DNA of 64,000 nt from Escherichia coli (GTDB lineage: Bacteria; Pseudomonadota; Gammaproteobacteria; Enterobacterales; Enterobacteriaceae): the NCBI RefSeq assembly GCF_044324785.1, contig NZ_CP172127.1; one strand, written 5' to 3'. A program made the translations under genes and the position numbers. Under the pieces are notes generated by a model that did no database searches, was not told the DNA's origin, and saw nothing but the letters and a program-made list of their open reading frames with translations. Positions within the stretch are counted from its first letter, which is position 1. Every line of letters begins with the position of its first letter. Positions 44,595-54,848 of the stretch are shown piece after piece.

Positions 44595-44921
44595 TTATGG
44601 CTGCCAGAAATGATCTGATGGTTTGTCGTCTGGCTCTGCAAGTACCCTGTTGATATCCCGGGAACCATGAACGATACGTTCGATACGAACTTCAGTATCC
44701 AGTACCCTGAACAGCAGAAGGTAACGACCATACGAACAACCTCTGATCCCAGCCCCTAACTCGGGTCTTTCTCTGTAGAGTACTGGCGATTCGGCTATCA
44801 ACAGACATTGTTGGTAAAGCTCTTCGGTAAAACTGATTGCACGGACAGGATTATCCTGAGCGATCCAGTCACCTATAGCTTCAAGATCGTGTTCTGCTAA
44901 TGGTGAAACAGTCAGTTTCAT
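44595..44921 (-). CDS. parE: ParE/RelE-family type II toxin
   Basis: 108 aa; overlaps upstream antitoxin gene by 4 bp. Confidence 0.7.
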   Translation of the reverse strand: MKLTVSPLAEHDLEAIGDWIAQDNPVRAISFTEELYQQCLLIAESPVLYRERPELGAGIRGCSYGRYLLLFRVLDTEVRIERIVHGSRDINRVLAEPDDKPSDHFWQP

Positions 44922-45181
44922 ATTGGCTGTTCACCTTCTGCCATCTTTTTGTATTTGTGCGTCAGTCGCCCGAATACCTCTTCAGCACTTTTACTTTCAC
45001 CGCTGTTGATGCCTGCGGTCACGGCGCTCTGGAGTGATTCAAGCTTTATCTGCTGTTCCCGTTCTTCCAGAGCACGAAGTCCGGCACGAATGACTTCACT
45101 TGTATTGTTGTACCGACCACTTTCTATTTGTTCGCGGATAAACGTTTCAAAGTAAGGACTGAGGGATACACTGGTAGGCAT
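44918..45181 (-). CDS. parD: ParD-family (RHH) type II antitoxin
   Basis: 87 aa; ...FIREQIESGRYNNTSEVIRAGLRALEEREQQ ParD-like signature. Confidence 0.7.
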   Translation of the reverse strand: MPTSVSLSPYFETFIREQIESGRYNNTSEVIRAGLRALEEREQQIKLESLQSAVTAGINSGESKSAEEVFGRLTHKYKKMAEGEQPI

Positions 45182-45252
45182 GGTTATTTTCTCGCCGATT
45201 GATCACTATCAATTAATAATAGTTAATATTCGTGAATTGTAAAATACCTCTT

Positions 45253-46122
45253 TTATGCCTTGCTGCTTTTGTTCACTGTGCTTGCCAGGGCTTCCGGGTA
45301 GTGTCTGGCAATAATATCATTAAGCCTGTCAACCAGCTCTGGTTTCCTGAACGTGATGTGCGCGGAGCCCTTCTTAAAGTATCTGATGCTGAACATCTCA
45401 TCTTCATAGTCCTCTTTACCCTGAACAGACTGGATGTGATCATCCAGATGAATGGTGATGTTTTCCCGGTTGTCGGGGATCGGTTTGCCGCTGAACAGGT
45501 GTAGCATTCTTTCCAGATCGGCAAGTCGATCTGCCTGTGGGCCGTTGTTCAGATGAAACCCCCACCGGTCCCACCTCACCAGGTTGTTGACGATAATTTT
45601 ACTGCCAAATTTGCAGGGGCAATTGGTTTTGTAATTCCAGCTCAGTCCCCTGAAGACGTTGATCACCCCTCGCTCAAACACCTCATCCTTATTCTGGTGC
45701 AGTTGTTCAAATGTGCTCAGAATGTTCGCTTCGCAGATTTCCGGAAAATTATCGTACTCCAGTGACCGGTACCATGTATCACGGGCTTGTGCATCCATTA
45801 ATGACAGCATCCCTGAACGTTGCATCAGGTCACGCCAGAGTTCGCGATCGAGATTCCGGGTGATGGCTTTCATTGCGGTTTCCGGTTTCTCCATCAGCCA
45901 GCAACCGCAGCGAAAATCCTGTTTCATGGCCCAGTCCCGGGCGGTTTTACCTCCAATACTTTCTGTCATTGCTGATATTTCAGCCAGTTGCCGGATAAGT
46001 GTGTCGATTTGCAGCAGTGTACTCTTTCGTACAGCCAGAATGTGGCGGATACTGGTTGAGCAAATAACGTCCGTATGCCCGGTGACCACTTCCGGACGGG
46101 AGGCTGTGATATCTGACATCAT
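45253..46122 (-). CDS. conserved island hypothetical protein (paralog of 14167-15009)
   Basis: 289 aa, near-identical to copy 1 over most of its length. Confidence 0.6.
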   Translation of the reverse strand: MMSDITASRPEVVTGHTDVICSTSIRHILAVRKSTLLQIDTLIRQLAEISAMTESIGGKTARDWAMKQDFRCGCWLMEKPETAMKAITRNLDRELWRDLMQRSGMLSLMDAQARDTWYRSLEYDNFPEICEANILSTFEQLHQNKDEVFERGVINVFRGLSWNYKTNCPCKFGSKIIVNNLVRWDRWGFHLNNGPQADRLADLERMLHLFSGKPIPDNRENITIHLDDHIQSVQGKEDYEDEMFSIRYFKKGSAHITFRKPELVDRLNDIIARHYPEALASTVNKSSKA

Positions 46123-46412
46123 CGTTTTTCCTTTTGGTTTATAAACGAAAACGCCAGCTGTATTCAGGCTGGCGTCAGGGGAATGAAGTATGGTGAGTGA
46201 TATTCACCGGTTCTGGTGCAGAAGCTGCAGTTGGCGCAGGGTACGGATATCTTCCCTGGCCTGTTCAATGCAGGGCAGCAGTGCTGTCGAATCCGTTTTA
46301 TCCTCATCGTTGTCAAAGATAATTTCCGATTCGCAGTCAATATTGTCCTGCAGCCACGCAATCAGAATATCCAGCGCTGTTTCCGTGGTTAATGATTTCA
46401 TGTTGTTCCAGG

Positions 46413-46901
46413 TTACCAGTTGAAAGTGGGTAAACCCGGCAGGCATTCAGCGCTGGCATCCAGATGAATGAGACTGACGCCATAACGTCGGGTAAGTGTG
46501 ACAACCAGACGGCGGAACGTTTTTGACAGGCCCAGGCGCTTAAGCCGCAAAACCGGGTATGACCACGCATCGGTACGTAACAGATATCCGCTACCTGTGA
46601 AATGAATCCATTCTGATTCGCCGGTGTCATTCGTCTGATGTGACAGCGAGTACAACCAGGCATTGTCCGTTTCCGTGATATGTGCGGTACTGCAGCGTAT
46701 GCCGGTAAGGGCCGCAGATGGTGGCGTGCGCTCTGCTGATGCCCGGTCAGATTCATCAACAACACGAAGGGAGTAACCGTTATCGCAGACCACGTTAATC
46801 AGTTCAGCGAGAGTAACACCATCGACGTCAACGACAATGCGCCCCATGTTCAGTGCCTGCACGTTAATGCTGTCGGCTTCCAGCGTCAGGGCCAGTTTCA
46901 T
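46413..46901 (-). CDS. hypothetical protein in yeeW-like position (variant of 15094-15516)
   Basis: 162 aa; N-terminal 50 aa match copy 1, then a divergent inserted segment; copy-1 C-terminus appears in a separate frame (46204-46446). Confidence 0.4.
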   Translation of the reverse strand: MKLALTLEADSINVQALNMGRIVVDVDGVTLAELINVVCDNGYSLRVVDESDRASAERTPPSAALTGIRCSTAHITETDNAWLYSLSHQTNDTGESEWIHFTGSGYLLRTDAWSYPVLRLKRLGLSKTFRRLVVTLTRRYGVSLIHLDASAECLPGLPTFNW

Positions 46902-47275
46902 TGTTTCGCCCCCGGATGTTTACCCAGGGTAATGTTATTTACCGTTCTGTAATTTTCGCGGGCCATCAGGCCGGTTGCCCGGCGTGCCCGGAGGATATCA
47001 ATACTGTTTATTAACTGAGAACGGGTACAGGCGCTGAATCCCGGCTGGTCGGTACGTACCAGCGCGTATTTTTCAACGAGAAAGTTCACCGCATCACACA
47101 GTGAAATGCCCGCTTCAATATGCTGCTCAATCACACGTTCATCAGCGAACGGTGTGTCATTCAGCGCGAGGCCGTAGTGCTGGTCCAGTAACCGGGTGAG
47201 CAGTGTCTGCCAGATGGTGACGGGAGACGGGCAGCACGATGCCTCCCGTACATGCGTGTCGGGTAATGTTTTCAT
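46898..47275 (-). CDS. cbtA: CbtA-family toxin, copy 2
   Basis: MKTLPDTHVREASCCPSPVTIWQTLL...; track ORF trimmed. Confidence 0.8.
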   Translation of the reverse strand: MKTLPDTHVREASCCPSPVTIWQTLLTRLLDQHYGLALNDTPFADERVIEQHIEAGISLCDAVNFLVEKYALVRTDQPGFSACTRSQLINSIDILRARRATGLMARENYRTVNNITLGKHPGAKQ

Positions 47276-47364
47276 AATGAAGATTTTCCTGATATGCAGA
47301 GATAAAAAATGGGACAGTGGCGTGGTGAAAGCACCAGGCCGGAGCAGAAGGTTATTCTGGAGAG

Positions 47365-47733
47365 TTACTTTTTCGTTTCGGGCGTCGGATAAACAGCCAT
47401 ATAAACGTAGCCACAACTGCCGAGGGTGTCGGCTTCGCAGGTCAGCCCTTTTGCATACAGTGTCACGGTATGCTGATGGCGGGGATTCAGTTCACCGCTG
47501 GTGAGCATGAGTTCCAGTTGTTTCATCAGCAGCGGAAAGGCCTGGTCCAGGTGGTACGAATCCGCGTCGCTGAACCGCCCTCTAATACAGGCGCGGTCGG
47601 CAAGGTAATGCAACCGGTTGCCTTCCTGTACCAGACGGGCACCAAAACAGGGCGTCACGGTGCAGGGCAGTCCCCACCAGGTGCGGTCGTTATTGTCGTC
47701 GGGAAGCGTTGTCCCGGGGAGTGTGTCTGACAC
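47365..47733 (-). CDS. cbeA: CbeA-family antitoxin, copy 2
   Basis: 122 aa paralog of 15937-16311. Confidence 0.8.
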   Translation of the reverse strand: MSDTLPGTTLPDDNNDRTWWGLPCTVTPCFGARLVQEGNRLHYLADRACIRGRFSDADSYHLDQAFPLLMKQLELMLTSGELNPRHQHTVTLYAKGLTCEADTLGSCGYVYMAVYPTPETKK

Positions 47734-47817
47734 GATAAAATCCTCACAGAAAATTGGTTAAGAATGGTCCGGTGGTGGCGATAATTCTGCTCTTCTGAAT
47801 GCCCTTCCAGACTCAGT

Positions 47818-48034
47818 TCAGGGTGACGCTCATCAGCCGGACATACGGACCAAAACTGTCCTTCCGGCGTTCTGCAAACACAGCCAGCACACCGGGAATA
47901 TCCTGTACTTCACGGCCGGTATATGTATCCGTGCTACCGTGTCAGCGGTATTTACCGGTACAGAACGGAAAAAGACGGGATGCAGGATGCTGACGGTGAA
48001 TACGCATGGCTTCACCACGGGTGATGATTTTCAT
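47818..48034 (-). pseudogene. YeeT-family gene, copy 2, with premature stop
   Basis: Collinear with 16387-16608, but the Trp codon in GKYRWHG reads as TGA in this copy. Confidence 0.45.
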
Positions 48035-48120
48035 GAGAATAGTCCTCCTGAATGTGAAAGTAAGAAACAGCTGAGAAAGAGAAACTGAAGTGATATGAAG
48101 GTGATTGTGACGGTGACGGG

Positions 48121-48597
48121 TTAAAGCAGACCGTGTTCCGCAAAGGAGAAAACCTGGCTGCCACCGATTATCAGATGGTCCGGTACCCGGATATCCACCA
48201 GGGCCAGTGCCTGTACCAGACGCTCGGTGATAAGGCGGTCTGCCTTGCTGGGGATGACTTCACCGGACGGGTGATTGTGCGCCAGCACCACGGCAGCGGC
48301 ATTGTGGTACAGGGCGCGTTTAATCACCTCCCGGGGATGGACTTCTGTGCGGTTGATGGTGCCAGTGAAGAGGGTTTCACCGGTAATCAGCTGATTCTGG
48401 TTATTCAGATACAGCACCCGGAATTCTTCACGCTCCAGTCCCGCCATGTTCAGAATCAGCCATTCCCGTGCCGCATGCGTGGAGGTGAAGGCCACGCCGG
48501 GTTCATGAAGATGGCGGTCCAGGGCTTTCAGGGCCCGCTGAATGAGGCTGCGCTCGCCGGGTGTCATCTCTCCGGGCAGAAAGGAAAGCTGCTGCAT
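48121..48597 (-). CDS. RadC-like JAB-domain protein, copy 2
   Basis: Paralog of 16677-17153; start trimmed to MQQLSF. Confidence 0.8.
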   Translation of the reverse strand: MQQLSFLPGEMTPGERSLIQRALKALDRHLHEPGVAFTSTHAAREWLILNMAGLEREEFRVLYLNNQNQLITGETLFTGTINRTEVHPREVIKRALYHNAAAVVLAHNHPSGEVIPSKADRLITERLVQALALVDIRVPDHLIIGGSQVFSFAEHGLL

Positions 48598-48612
48598 TGT
48601 CCCTGCCTCCAT

Positions 48613-49098
48613 TCAGTCGATGATGCGCATAATGGCGCTGCATTCCGGATGCTGCAGGGCATAATCCCGCAGCCGGTAATAATGAACCGTCATGGCATAA
48701 TTCTCTGTACGACAGGCGTGATGGCTGTACGCCATCAGACAGGCGGCAATGCCGGCGGCTTCCGGGCTCATTTCAGCGCGGTTACCGTTCATGACGTTAA
48801 ACAGCACCCATGTTTCGTCATCATCGTCATCCGGTTCAGGTGCCATAAATGCGCCACCGTTGTTCAGGGTGTACAGATTCCAGATGCCCCCGCAGTAGTC
48901 TTCGCACAGACGGTCCATCCAGCCGAAGACACGGGGCTCCAGGGTCACCCACTGTGGAATGAGGCCAAAATGCTGCGGCCAGAAGCTGATGCGCTGTTCA
49001 TCAGGGACGGGAGTGGCAACCAGTTGAGACTGGTTATTCCCTGATGCAGTAGTTACGGAAACAGAAGGTGTGGTGGAGCTATGCGAAAAGGTTGTCAT
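48613..49098 (-). CDS. antirestriction protein (KlcA/ArdB-like), copy 2
   Basis: 161 aa paralog. Confidence 0.7.
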   Translation of the reverse strand: MTTFSHSSTTPSVSVTTASGNNQSQLVATPVPDEQRISFWPQHFGLIPQWVTLEPRVFGWMDRLCEDYCGGIWNLYTLNNGGAFMAPEPDDDDDETWVLFNVMNGNRAEMSPEAAGIAACLMAYSHHACRTENYAMTVHYYRLRDYALQHPECSAIMRIID

Positions 49099-49189
49099 GA
49101 GATGATTCCTTATAAAAAGTAAATGAATGGAAGAATGCCTGGGGACTGGTACAGACGTGAGTCAGGGCTGCACTTTCAGGGAAACAGCA

Positions 49190-50008
49190 TCAGCGCATGC
49201 TCTCCAGCAGCGTTTCTGCCATCACCCACAACGCCCGGTTGAGCTTAATGTCGGTATCGATGCTGTGAATGGCCCGGGTATGGATACGTTTTCCTCTGGC
49301 ACTGCGACCGGAAATCCCGCCTTTCAGCATATTTTCCTGGATGGTCTGATAAGCACTCCACAGGTCCTTACCGTAATCCTCCCGGCGTCGTGGCGTCAGA
49401 ATGTCGGTAGTGGTGACGGGCTGATGTTCATCACCATAACGGTAAGTCAGCGCCGCCTGTGCCAGCGCCTGGCGTGCCGGTGGCGGCAGGACCAGCGACT
49501 GCATGGCATCACGCTTTTCCTCAATCCGGTCAAACACGCCCACCACTTCGTAAGCACCTTCAATCACCCTGTCCACCACGTTTCCCCGGTGGGGCACCCG
49601 GACTTCTCCCAGCGACTGACCGCAGACCAAGCCATTGGTGCAGATGGCACGAAAATATCCGGGTAACATCTGATAGCTGGATGAACCGTCATGGGAGTTG
49701 AGCAGAATAATTTCAGGCACATGCTGACCGGTTATCTGTCCGGCCCGCCGCAGACGCAGCATATGTTTGGTATATTCCCGGCGGCTCTGGTCGCGCACAC
49801 GGGTCTGGCAGGCGAAGAACGGCTGAAAGCCTTCCCGCTGCAGATTTTCCAGGACGGTGATGGTGGGAATGTACGCATACCGTTCACTGCGGGAGGTGTG
49901 CCGGTCTTCTCCAAAAATACTCGGGACGTGGTACATCAGTTCTTCGCGTGTCAGTGGGCGCTCCCGACGGATCTGATTTACATGACCAAAACGACTGGCT
50001 AATTGCAT
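49190..50008 (-). CDS. DUF932-like protein (YfjQ/YafZ family), copy 2
   Basis: 272 aa paralog. Confidence 0.65.
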   Translation of the reverse strand: MQLASRFGHVNQIRRERPLTREELMYHVPSIFGEDRHTSRSERYAYIPTITVLENLQREGFQPFFACQTRVRDQSRREYTKHMLRLRRAGQITGQHVPEIILLNSHDGSSSYQMLPGYFRAICTNGLVCGQSLGEVRVPHRGNVVDRVIEGAYEVVGVFDRIEEKRDAMQSLVLPPPARQALAQAALTYRYGDEHQPVTTTDILTPRRREDYGKDLWSAYQTIQENMLKGGISGRSARGKRIHTRAIHSIDTDIKLNRALWVMAETLLESMR

Positions 50009-50097
50009 ACTTTGCTCCTTATGAATGAATTAGCGGTATAAACGAAAAGGCCGCGTCTCCCGGAGAAGACGCGGCCTGATGGATGAAATGAAGACGT

Positions 50098-50331
50098 TTA
50101 TTGCCTGAGAATTCCCTCACTGGCGAGATACGAATTTAGCTGTTTTCCGGCATCAGGTTCAAAATTCCAGCACCGCCAGCGTAGCTGCCCTTCGGCATTG
50201 CGGATAACCAGCCGGAAATGCGTTCCCTGGTCATCTTCAATAAGCACATTGCGGTAAGCTGTTGTGACGGCAACCGCCTGTTCGCGTGAGAAAGGGCCTT
50301 CGGGCAATAAAACAGGGTGGCAGTCCGACAT
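50098..50331 (-). CDS. DUF905-like small protein, copy 2
   Basis: 77 aa paralog. Confidence 0.55.
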   Translation of the reverse strand: MSDCHPVLLPEGPFSREQAVAVTTAYRNVLIEDDQGTHFRLVIRNAEGQLRWRCWNFEPDAGKQLNSYLASEGILRQ

Positions 50332-50336
50332 ACCGG

Positions 50337-51014
50337 CTATTTTCCGATAAATTCAACGCTGGCGCCGGTGGCATTACCGTCAGCACCAACCGTGACGGTC
50401 ACTTTGTCGTACGCACGGTCTTCAGGATTGAATACTTCAAACTCAACCTTATTGCCTTTTACTTCGTAAGAGCCAAAATCAGCGGTTTCTGTTGTTTCCT
50501 CGTCATATTCCCGGGCGTATGCCTGCCGGGCAGCCTGCAGGACGGAATCTTTATTAATAGTGGTCGTCTGTTTCGGGGAAAAACCGGCAAGTGATGTGAC
50601 AAATTTCGGACAGACCTTCAGCATATCACCGCGGGTGAATTCCATTCGTACACCAAATGCCTGTAAAACGGACACATCACGCTCTGCTATGGAGTGAACG
50701 GCTTTTTTGACCATTTCCGGCGCCTGTCCGATTTCCACCTCAACAGCCCTGAATCCCGTCTGCTGATTACACATTTGTGATGTGGGGATCAGGTTACCGT
50801 TAATACTGATACGGCTGCCCAGGAGCGTCTGTACGCCATTCGGGCATCCCTGCATCAGGCCGGTAATACCAATCGTGCCATTTTTCAGCATTACCAGCGC
50901 CTGACCATCTTCCGTCATGGTCTGACACCAGCCGTTTTTGACAGCCCAGTTGCCGGCGGAGGCGGAGAATGATGCCACAGTGAACAGCAGGGGAAAAAGA
51001 GCTCTGGTATTCAT
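50337..51014 (-). CDS. secreted hypothetical protein (signal peptide)
   Basis: Track ORF trimmed to [20 protein letters not shown] signal peptide. Confidence 0.5.
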   Translation of the reverse strand: MNTRALFPLLFTVASFSASAGNWAVKNGWCQTMTEDGQALVMLKNGTIGITGLMQGCPNGVQTLLGSRISINGNLIPTSQMCNQQTGFRAVEVEIGQAPEMVKKAVHSIAERDVSVLQAFGVRMEFTRGDMLKVCPKFVTSLAGFSPKQTTTINKDSVLQAARQAYAREYDEETTETADFGSYEVKGNKVEFEVFNPEDRAYDKVTVTVGADGNATGASVEFIGK

Positions 51015-51161
51015 GACTGACCTCTGAAATGAACGTACGGTGTTATTGATAATGATGGAAGGTATGCAGTGACTGTTCAGGGAATGACGTAGCCGTATAT
51101 TTAGTTTTCTGTTCAACATATTGTCTCCATACCTGTCGGGACGGCTTTGGCAGGCCGGCGA

Positions 51162-51842
51162 TCACAGGTTAAAGGTGTTGATAAGTTTATGGATGAAAGA
51201 GAAATGTGGCAGGGCGGAGATAAAACGCTCTTCAGCGACCAGACTGTGGATGTGGCCTCTCCGTTCAAACCGTTCTGATGTCAGGCTGACTGATTTGATA
51301 TCTGCCAGAGGAAAGACCTGCAGTTTTCCCTTCTGTAACGCGATCAGATACCAGCTACCGCTGTAATAAATGAGCCGGCAGGGCTCCAGTGACGGATACC
51401 ATCGCTCAGTCATCAGAGAGATGTGGATACACTGTCTTATTGCCAGGATGAGTTGCGAGAAACACTCGGGGAACGTTGCAGTGATATCCGGCGCCGGTAG
51501 CCAGATAAGGCAGGGAGAGGGCTCCTGGTTGTCGGTAAGACAGGTTATCAGTCGTCCGTTCCGGAGCGGAAGTATCCGTGCGATCCCGGTATTCTGTATA
51601 AAAGAAAGCATTTCAGGGATCGCACCCGGGCTGCTCTGTCGTCTGAGGCTGTACCTGCCATTTCTGTACTCTAAATCCAGGTGAACCAGACGCTGATGAA
51701 AATCGCGCTGTAAAGTACGTTCTGTAACGCCAAATTCATCTGACAGTGTTTTTAGTGACAGAGATTCTCCGGCCATCAGTCGGCTGATAATGAGTGATAA
51801 GCGAACCGCCAGGCGATCATGCCGGGAACGATTATCAGACAT
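51162..51842 (-). CDS. YfjR-like transcriptional regulator (HTH plus WYL-like domain)
   Basis: N-terminal HTH SLKTLSDEFGVTERTLQRDF; conserved position next to the GTPase. Confidence 0.6.
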   Translation of the reverse strand: MSDNRSRHDRLAVRLSLIISRLMAGESLSLKTLSDEFGVTERTLQRDFHQRLVHLDLEYRNGRYSLRRQSSPGAIPEMLSFIQNTGIARILPLRNGRLITCLTDNQEPSPCLIWLPAPDITATFPECFSQLILAIRQCIHISLMTERWYPSLEPCRLIYYSGSWYLIALQKGKLQVFPLADIKSVSLTSERFERRGHIHSLVAEERFISALPHFSFIHKLINTFNL

Positions 51843-52044
51843 AGATGTGCACTCCGTAAGAAAACATCTTTTATTTCATGATGTTATTATGCATCATGAT
51901 GTTGAAAGGATGTGTCGCATCCGGATAATCAGGAATAAAATGCAGCAGAAAAAATATTCTTTTAATTATCTGATTTTTAAGCATGATTTCATAAAAAGAA
52001 GAATGCTCGTTAATGCAGCGACACATCCTGTCGGCGTGAGTGTG

Positions 52045-52929
52045 TCAGAACAGACGCTCCCACAGTGTGATCAGCAGGTGGATAATGCGGTCCCGGGCTT
52101 TACGCAGAAGCTGTAACATCCAGGCCGGAAAACTGAAACGGGCAACGGCGACGTCAAAACTTTTCCCGATGGTTTCACCAAAAGTCTGTTGTGCGTGTTT
52201 CTGGGCCTGTTCAGAGCGGTTTTCTCCCCGGATATGTGAATACACCGCGCTGGTTGCCTGTGGTGGCAGTGCGTGGATCATCAGCGACACAAACGCCGGA
52301 AGGTTCCAGCCGACAGGTGCAGCAACGGAGAGTACCGGAAATGATGAAGGGAACAGGGTTGCCACCCGGGCTGTCACCGTCGCCAGTGAGAGCGACTGCT
52401 GACGGGACGGGCATTTTTCTGTGGCATTCCATTCTTCAGCAGGAAACACGCGATCGGCATGGCTGAGAACAAACAGAAAACGCGAGGGATCTGCGCCTTC
52501 ATTCAGTAAAAACTGATGCATGGCAATATCAGCAGCATACGCACGTTCATCAGCCCGCAGGATCCAGATAATCAGATCCAGTTCCGGTAGCAGCTGACGA
52601 TAAAGTGTCCGGTATTCCTGATCATGCTGCGGTGTTTCACCAATGCCGGGCAGATCGACCAGCGTCATTCTGCGTTCACCGAACTGCAGGGTAAGACGAT
52701 GAGCCTGGCGGGTGCAGCCGTTCAGAGGATGTGTGGCGCAGATACGGGACTGAAAAATGGCATTACACAGACTGCTTTTGCCTGTTCCGGATTTACCCAT
52801 AATGCCAATCACGGGCTCGTAATGAATAACACTGTGGAGATGTTCAAGGATTTTCTGGCGAATTTCTTCAGGAAGAAACGTCAGATGTGATTTCACTTGT
52901 GCGGAGAGGGAAGAATGGCTGAATGACAT
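52045..52929 (-). CDS. YeeP/YfjP-family GTPase, second copy
   Basis: P-loop GIMGKSGTGKSSL; 294 aa. Confidence 0.75.
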   Translation of the reverse strand: MSFSHSSLSAQVKSHLTFLPEEIRQKILEHLHSVIHYEPVIGIMGKSGTGKSSLCNAIFQSRICATHPLNGCTRQAHRLTLQFGERRMTLVDLPGIGETPQHDQEYRTLYRQLLPELDLIIWILRADERAYAADIAMHQFLLNEGADPSRFLFVLSHADRVFPAEEWNATEKCPSRQQSLSLATVTARVATLFPSSFPVLSVAAPVGWNLPAFVSLMIHALPPQATSAVYSHIRGENRSEQAQKHAQQTFGETIGKSFDVAVARFSFPAWMLQLLRKARDRIIHLLITLWERLF

Positions 52930-53034
52930 ACCGTTATCCTGTTGATTTCGCTGAACCGGATCACACTAATCCGGCTTATCATTCAGGTAATATGGACGTG
53001 AAAAAATCTGGAGTGACAGAGTGCGGGAGGTGAG

Positions 53035-53997
53035 ATGACGGCACAACAAAGTGATGCGCTGCGTGAGATTGCTAATAAGGCCAGAGTTACCACCATTCTT
53101 CAGTGTAAGGCCTGGAAAGATACCCAGCGAATACTGAAGCGCAGCGGACTCGTGTGCAGAGAACGGTCAGAGCCGTTTGATCCGGAGAAACATTTTGACT
53201 GTTATACGGTGCGTTATCTGTACCTGCTTAACATAATGGCACTTGAGCTAAAGTCAGATACACGGATTAAGGTTGAGGTGGGGCAATGGTATCGCATGAC
53301 GGGTAAACGTTTATCACTTAATGTCCCGCCTTTTATGCTGATCCCGCGTAATATCCGGAGAAAAGTGGACGGATTCAGACAATCCAGACAATCAGAAGAT
53401 GAAGCAACCAAAAATCCGCCTCAACCGTTCACGGGCAGTTTGTATAAGGTTTTGAGCAGGGACAGCGATTCGGCTGAGCTGGACGCCTGGTTTGCTGAAC
53501 CGCCGCTGACACGGCAGGAAGTGTGGGAGGGGAGGCGTGTTACAGATTTTGATCCATGGGCGCTGTCTTCGTTTATTTGCCGTTCAGAATCCCCGACGTT
53601 TGAACTTTTTTACCAGGAATATAAGCGACTGGGATTAAAATCTCTTTTTGTATCAGGGGTAATGTTTGAACAGTTTTTAACAGGGCTAAGTTTCAGAAAA
53701 TATGGGGACTGGGTTGAATCTCAGTTACTGGAATCACTGGGAAATGTGATGTTTTTCATGCTGCTTTATGACATGGAAAATCTGGATAAGTTTATAAAAG
53801 AACTGATGGACATTAATGTTCAAAGTGAAGATTCGAAGGAAAAAGGGAAATCACGAAAAGAGAGAATGCTGGAGTATATCAACTCATATATCCGCAATGT
53901 TTATGGAAGATTCCTTTGTACGTCAAAAGAAAGGTACGAACAGCATAAACGCAAAAACAGCAGCAAAAAGAAAAACGGTTCTGGTGGAACTCATTAA
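53035..53997 (+). CDS. hypothetical protein (orphan)
   Basis: 320 aa, ATG with GGGAGG SD; Lys-rich C-terminus; no recognisable motif. Confidence 0.5.
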   Translation: MTAQQSDALREIANKARVTTILQCKAWKDTQRILKRSGLVCRERSEPFDPEKHFDCYTVRYLYLLNIMALELKSDTRIKVEVGQWYRMTGKRLSLNVPPFMLIPRNIRRKVDGFRQSRQSEDEATKNPPQPFTGSLYKVLSRDSDSAELDAWFAEPPLTRQEVWEGRRVTDFDPWALSSFICRSESPTFELFYQEYKRLGLKSLFVSGVMFEQFLTGLSFRKYGDWVESQLLESLGNVMFFMLLYDMENLDKFIKELMDINVQSEDSKEKGKSRKERMLEYINSYIRNVYGRFLCTSKERYEQHKRKNSSKKKNGSGGTH

Positions 53998-54848
53998 CGG
54001 GAATAATCCCCTGCTGTTTTCTGCATAAACAGACGATCAGCTGATAAGATGAGTTTATCCAGCATTTCAGCCTGCGTCAGATTATTCTTTTTTGCCATTT
54101 TCCGGAGTGCATTCCTGGCTTCCGGAGAAATCAGGGCACTTATCTGTACCCGGGAATCGGTTTTCTCATACCGGAACATTTTCTGGTATGAGCACTTCAT
54201 GCGCCTGAGAAAATCATTCTGCTGATAAACTAATTCTTTTAACTTTTGAGGTTCAGTACCGACAGAATAGATTTTCATGAAGACACGGCGCACATAAGCT
54301 ATTATGAACAGACGTGACTCCCCTGAAGCTTTAAATTCTGAAATATCAGGACAGTGACGTTCTTCGTCAGTGCAATGTTTTTGCAGATACGCCCATGCCC
54401 ATTTGATATGTATCCGCCGGGAACCAAGCCATGTCATGGGGTTCACTTTTTCAGCATATGACCATAAAAAATGAACGACATACAAGAAGTCAGATACATT
54501 TTCTGTCCCGGTTAGCCTTATAAGCTCCTGTAGCCATTTTCTCGTCACACGAATCCTTGCCTGATGATTAGCTGGAGCTGCTTCTGTGGCAAACAGTCTG
54601 GCATACAGACAGGAAGTTCCGTAATCTGCATATTGCTCACCTGAGAGTCGGACAATACTGTCAGGAACATGATATATAAACATCCATACCCAGAATGCGG
54701 CTACAGGGTCTTTTTGCACCCACTCCGGAACAACGTCTCTGCCTGCATTATCAGCATTAACAGAAGGTGATTTATCGTTATGTCGGTAATATTCATATTC
54801 CATCCGACTAAAAACATGATCAGATTCATCTGGTGAATGCACAGACAT
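53994..54848 (-). CDS. hypothetical protein with C-terminal RHH-like segment
   Basis: Track ORF 53994-54863; preferred start MSVHSPD preceded by AGGGAG; 3' end overlaps the convergent gene by 4 bp. Confidence 0.5.
   Translation of the reverse strand: MSVHSPDESDHVFSRMEYEYYRHNDKSPSVNADNAGRDVVPEWVQKDPVAAFWVWMFIYHVPDSIVRLSGEQYADYGTSCLYARLFATEAAPANHQARIRVTRKWLQELIRLTGTENVSDFLYVVHFLWSYAEKVNPMTWLGSRRIHIKWAWAYLQKHCTDEERHCPDISEFKASGESRLFIIAYVRRVFMKIYSVGTEPQKLKELVYQQNDFLRRMKCSYQKMFRYEKTDSRVQISALISPEARNALRKMAKKNNLTQAEMLDKLILSADRLFMQKTAGDYSR

Larger units (their letters stand above)
45250..50335. repeat. segmental duplication copy 2 (CP4-like module)
   Basis: Collinear paralogs of 14160-18930 with local divergence. 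Confidence 0.7.
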
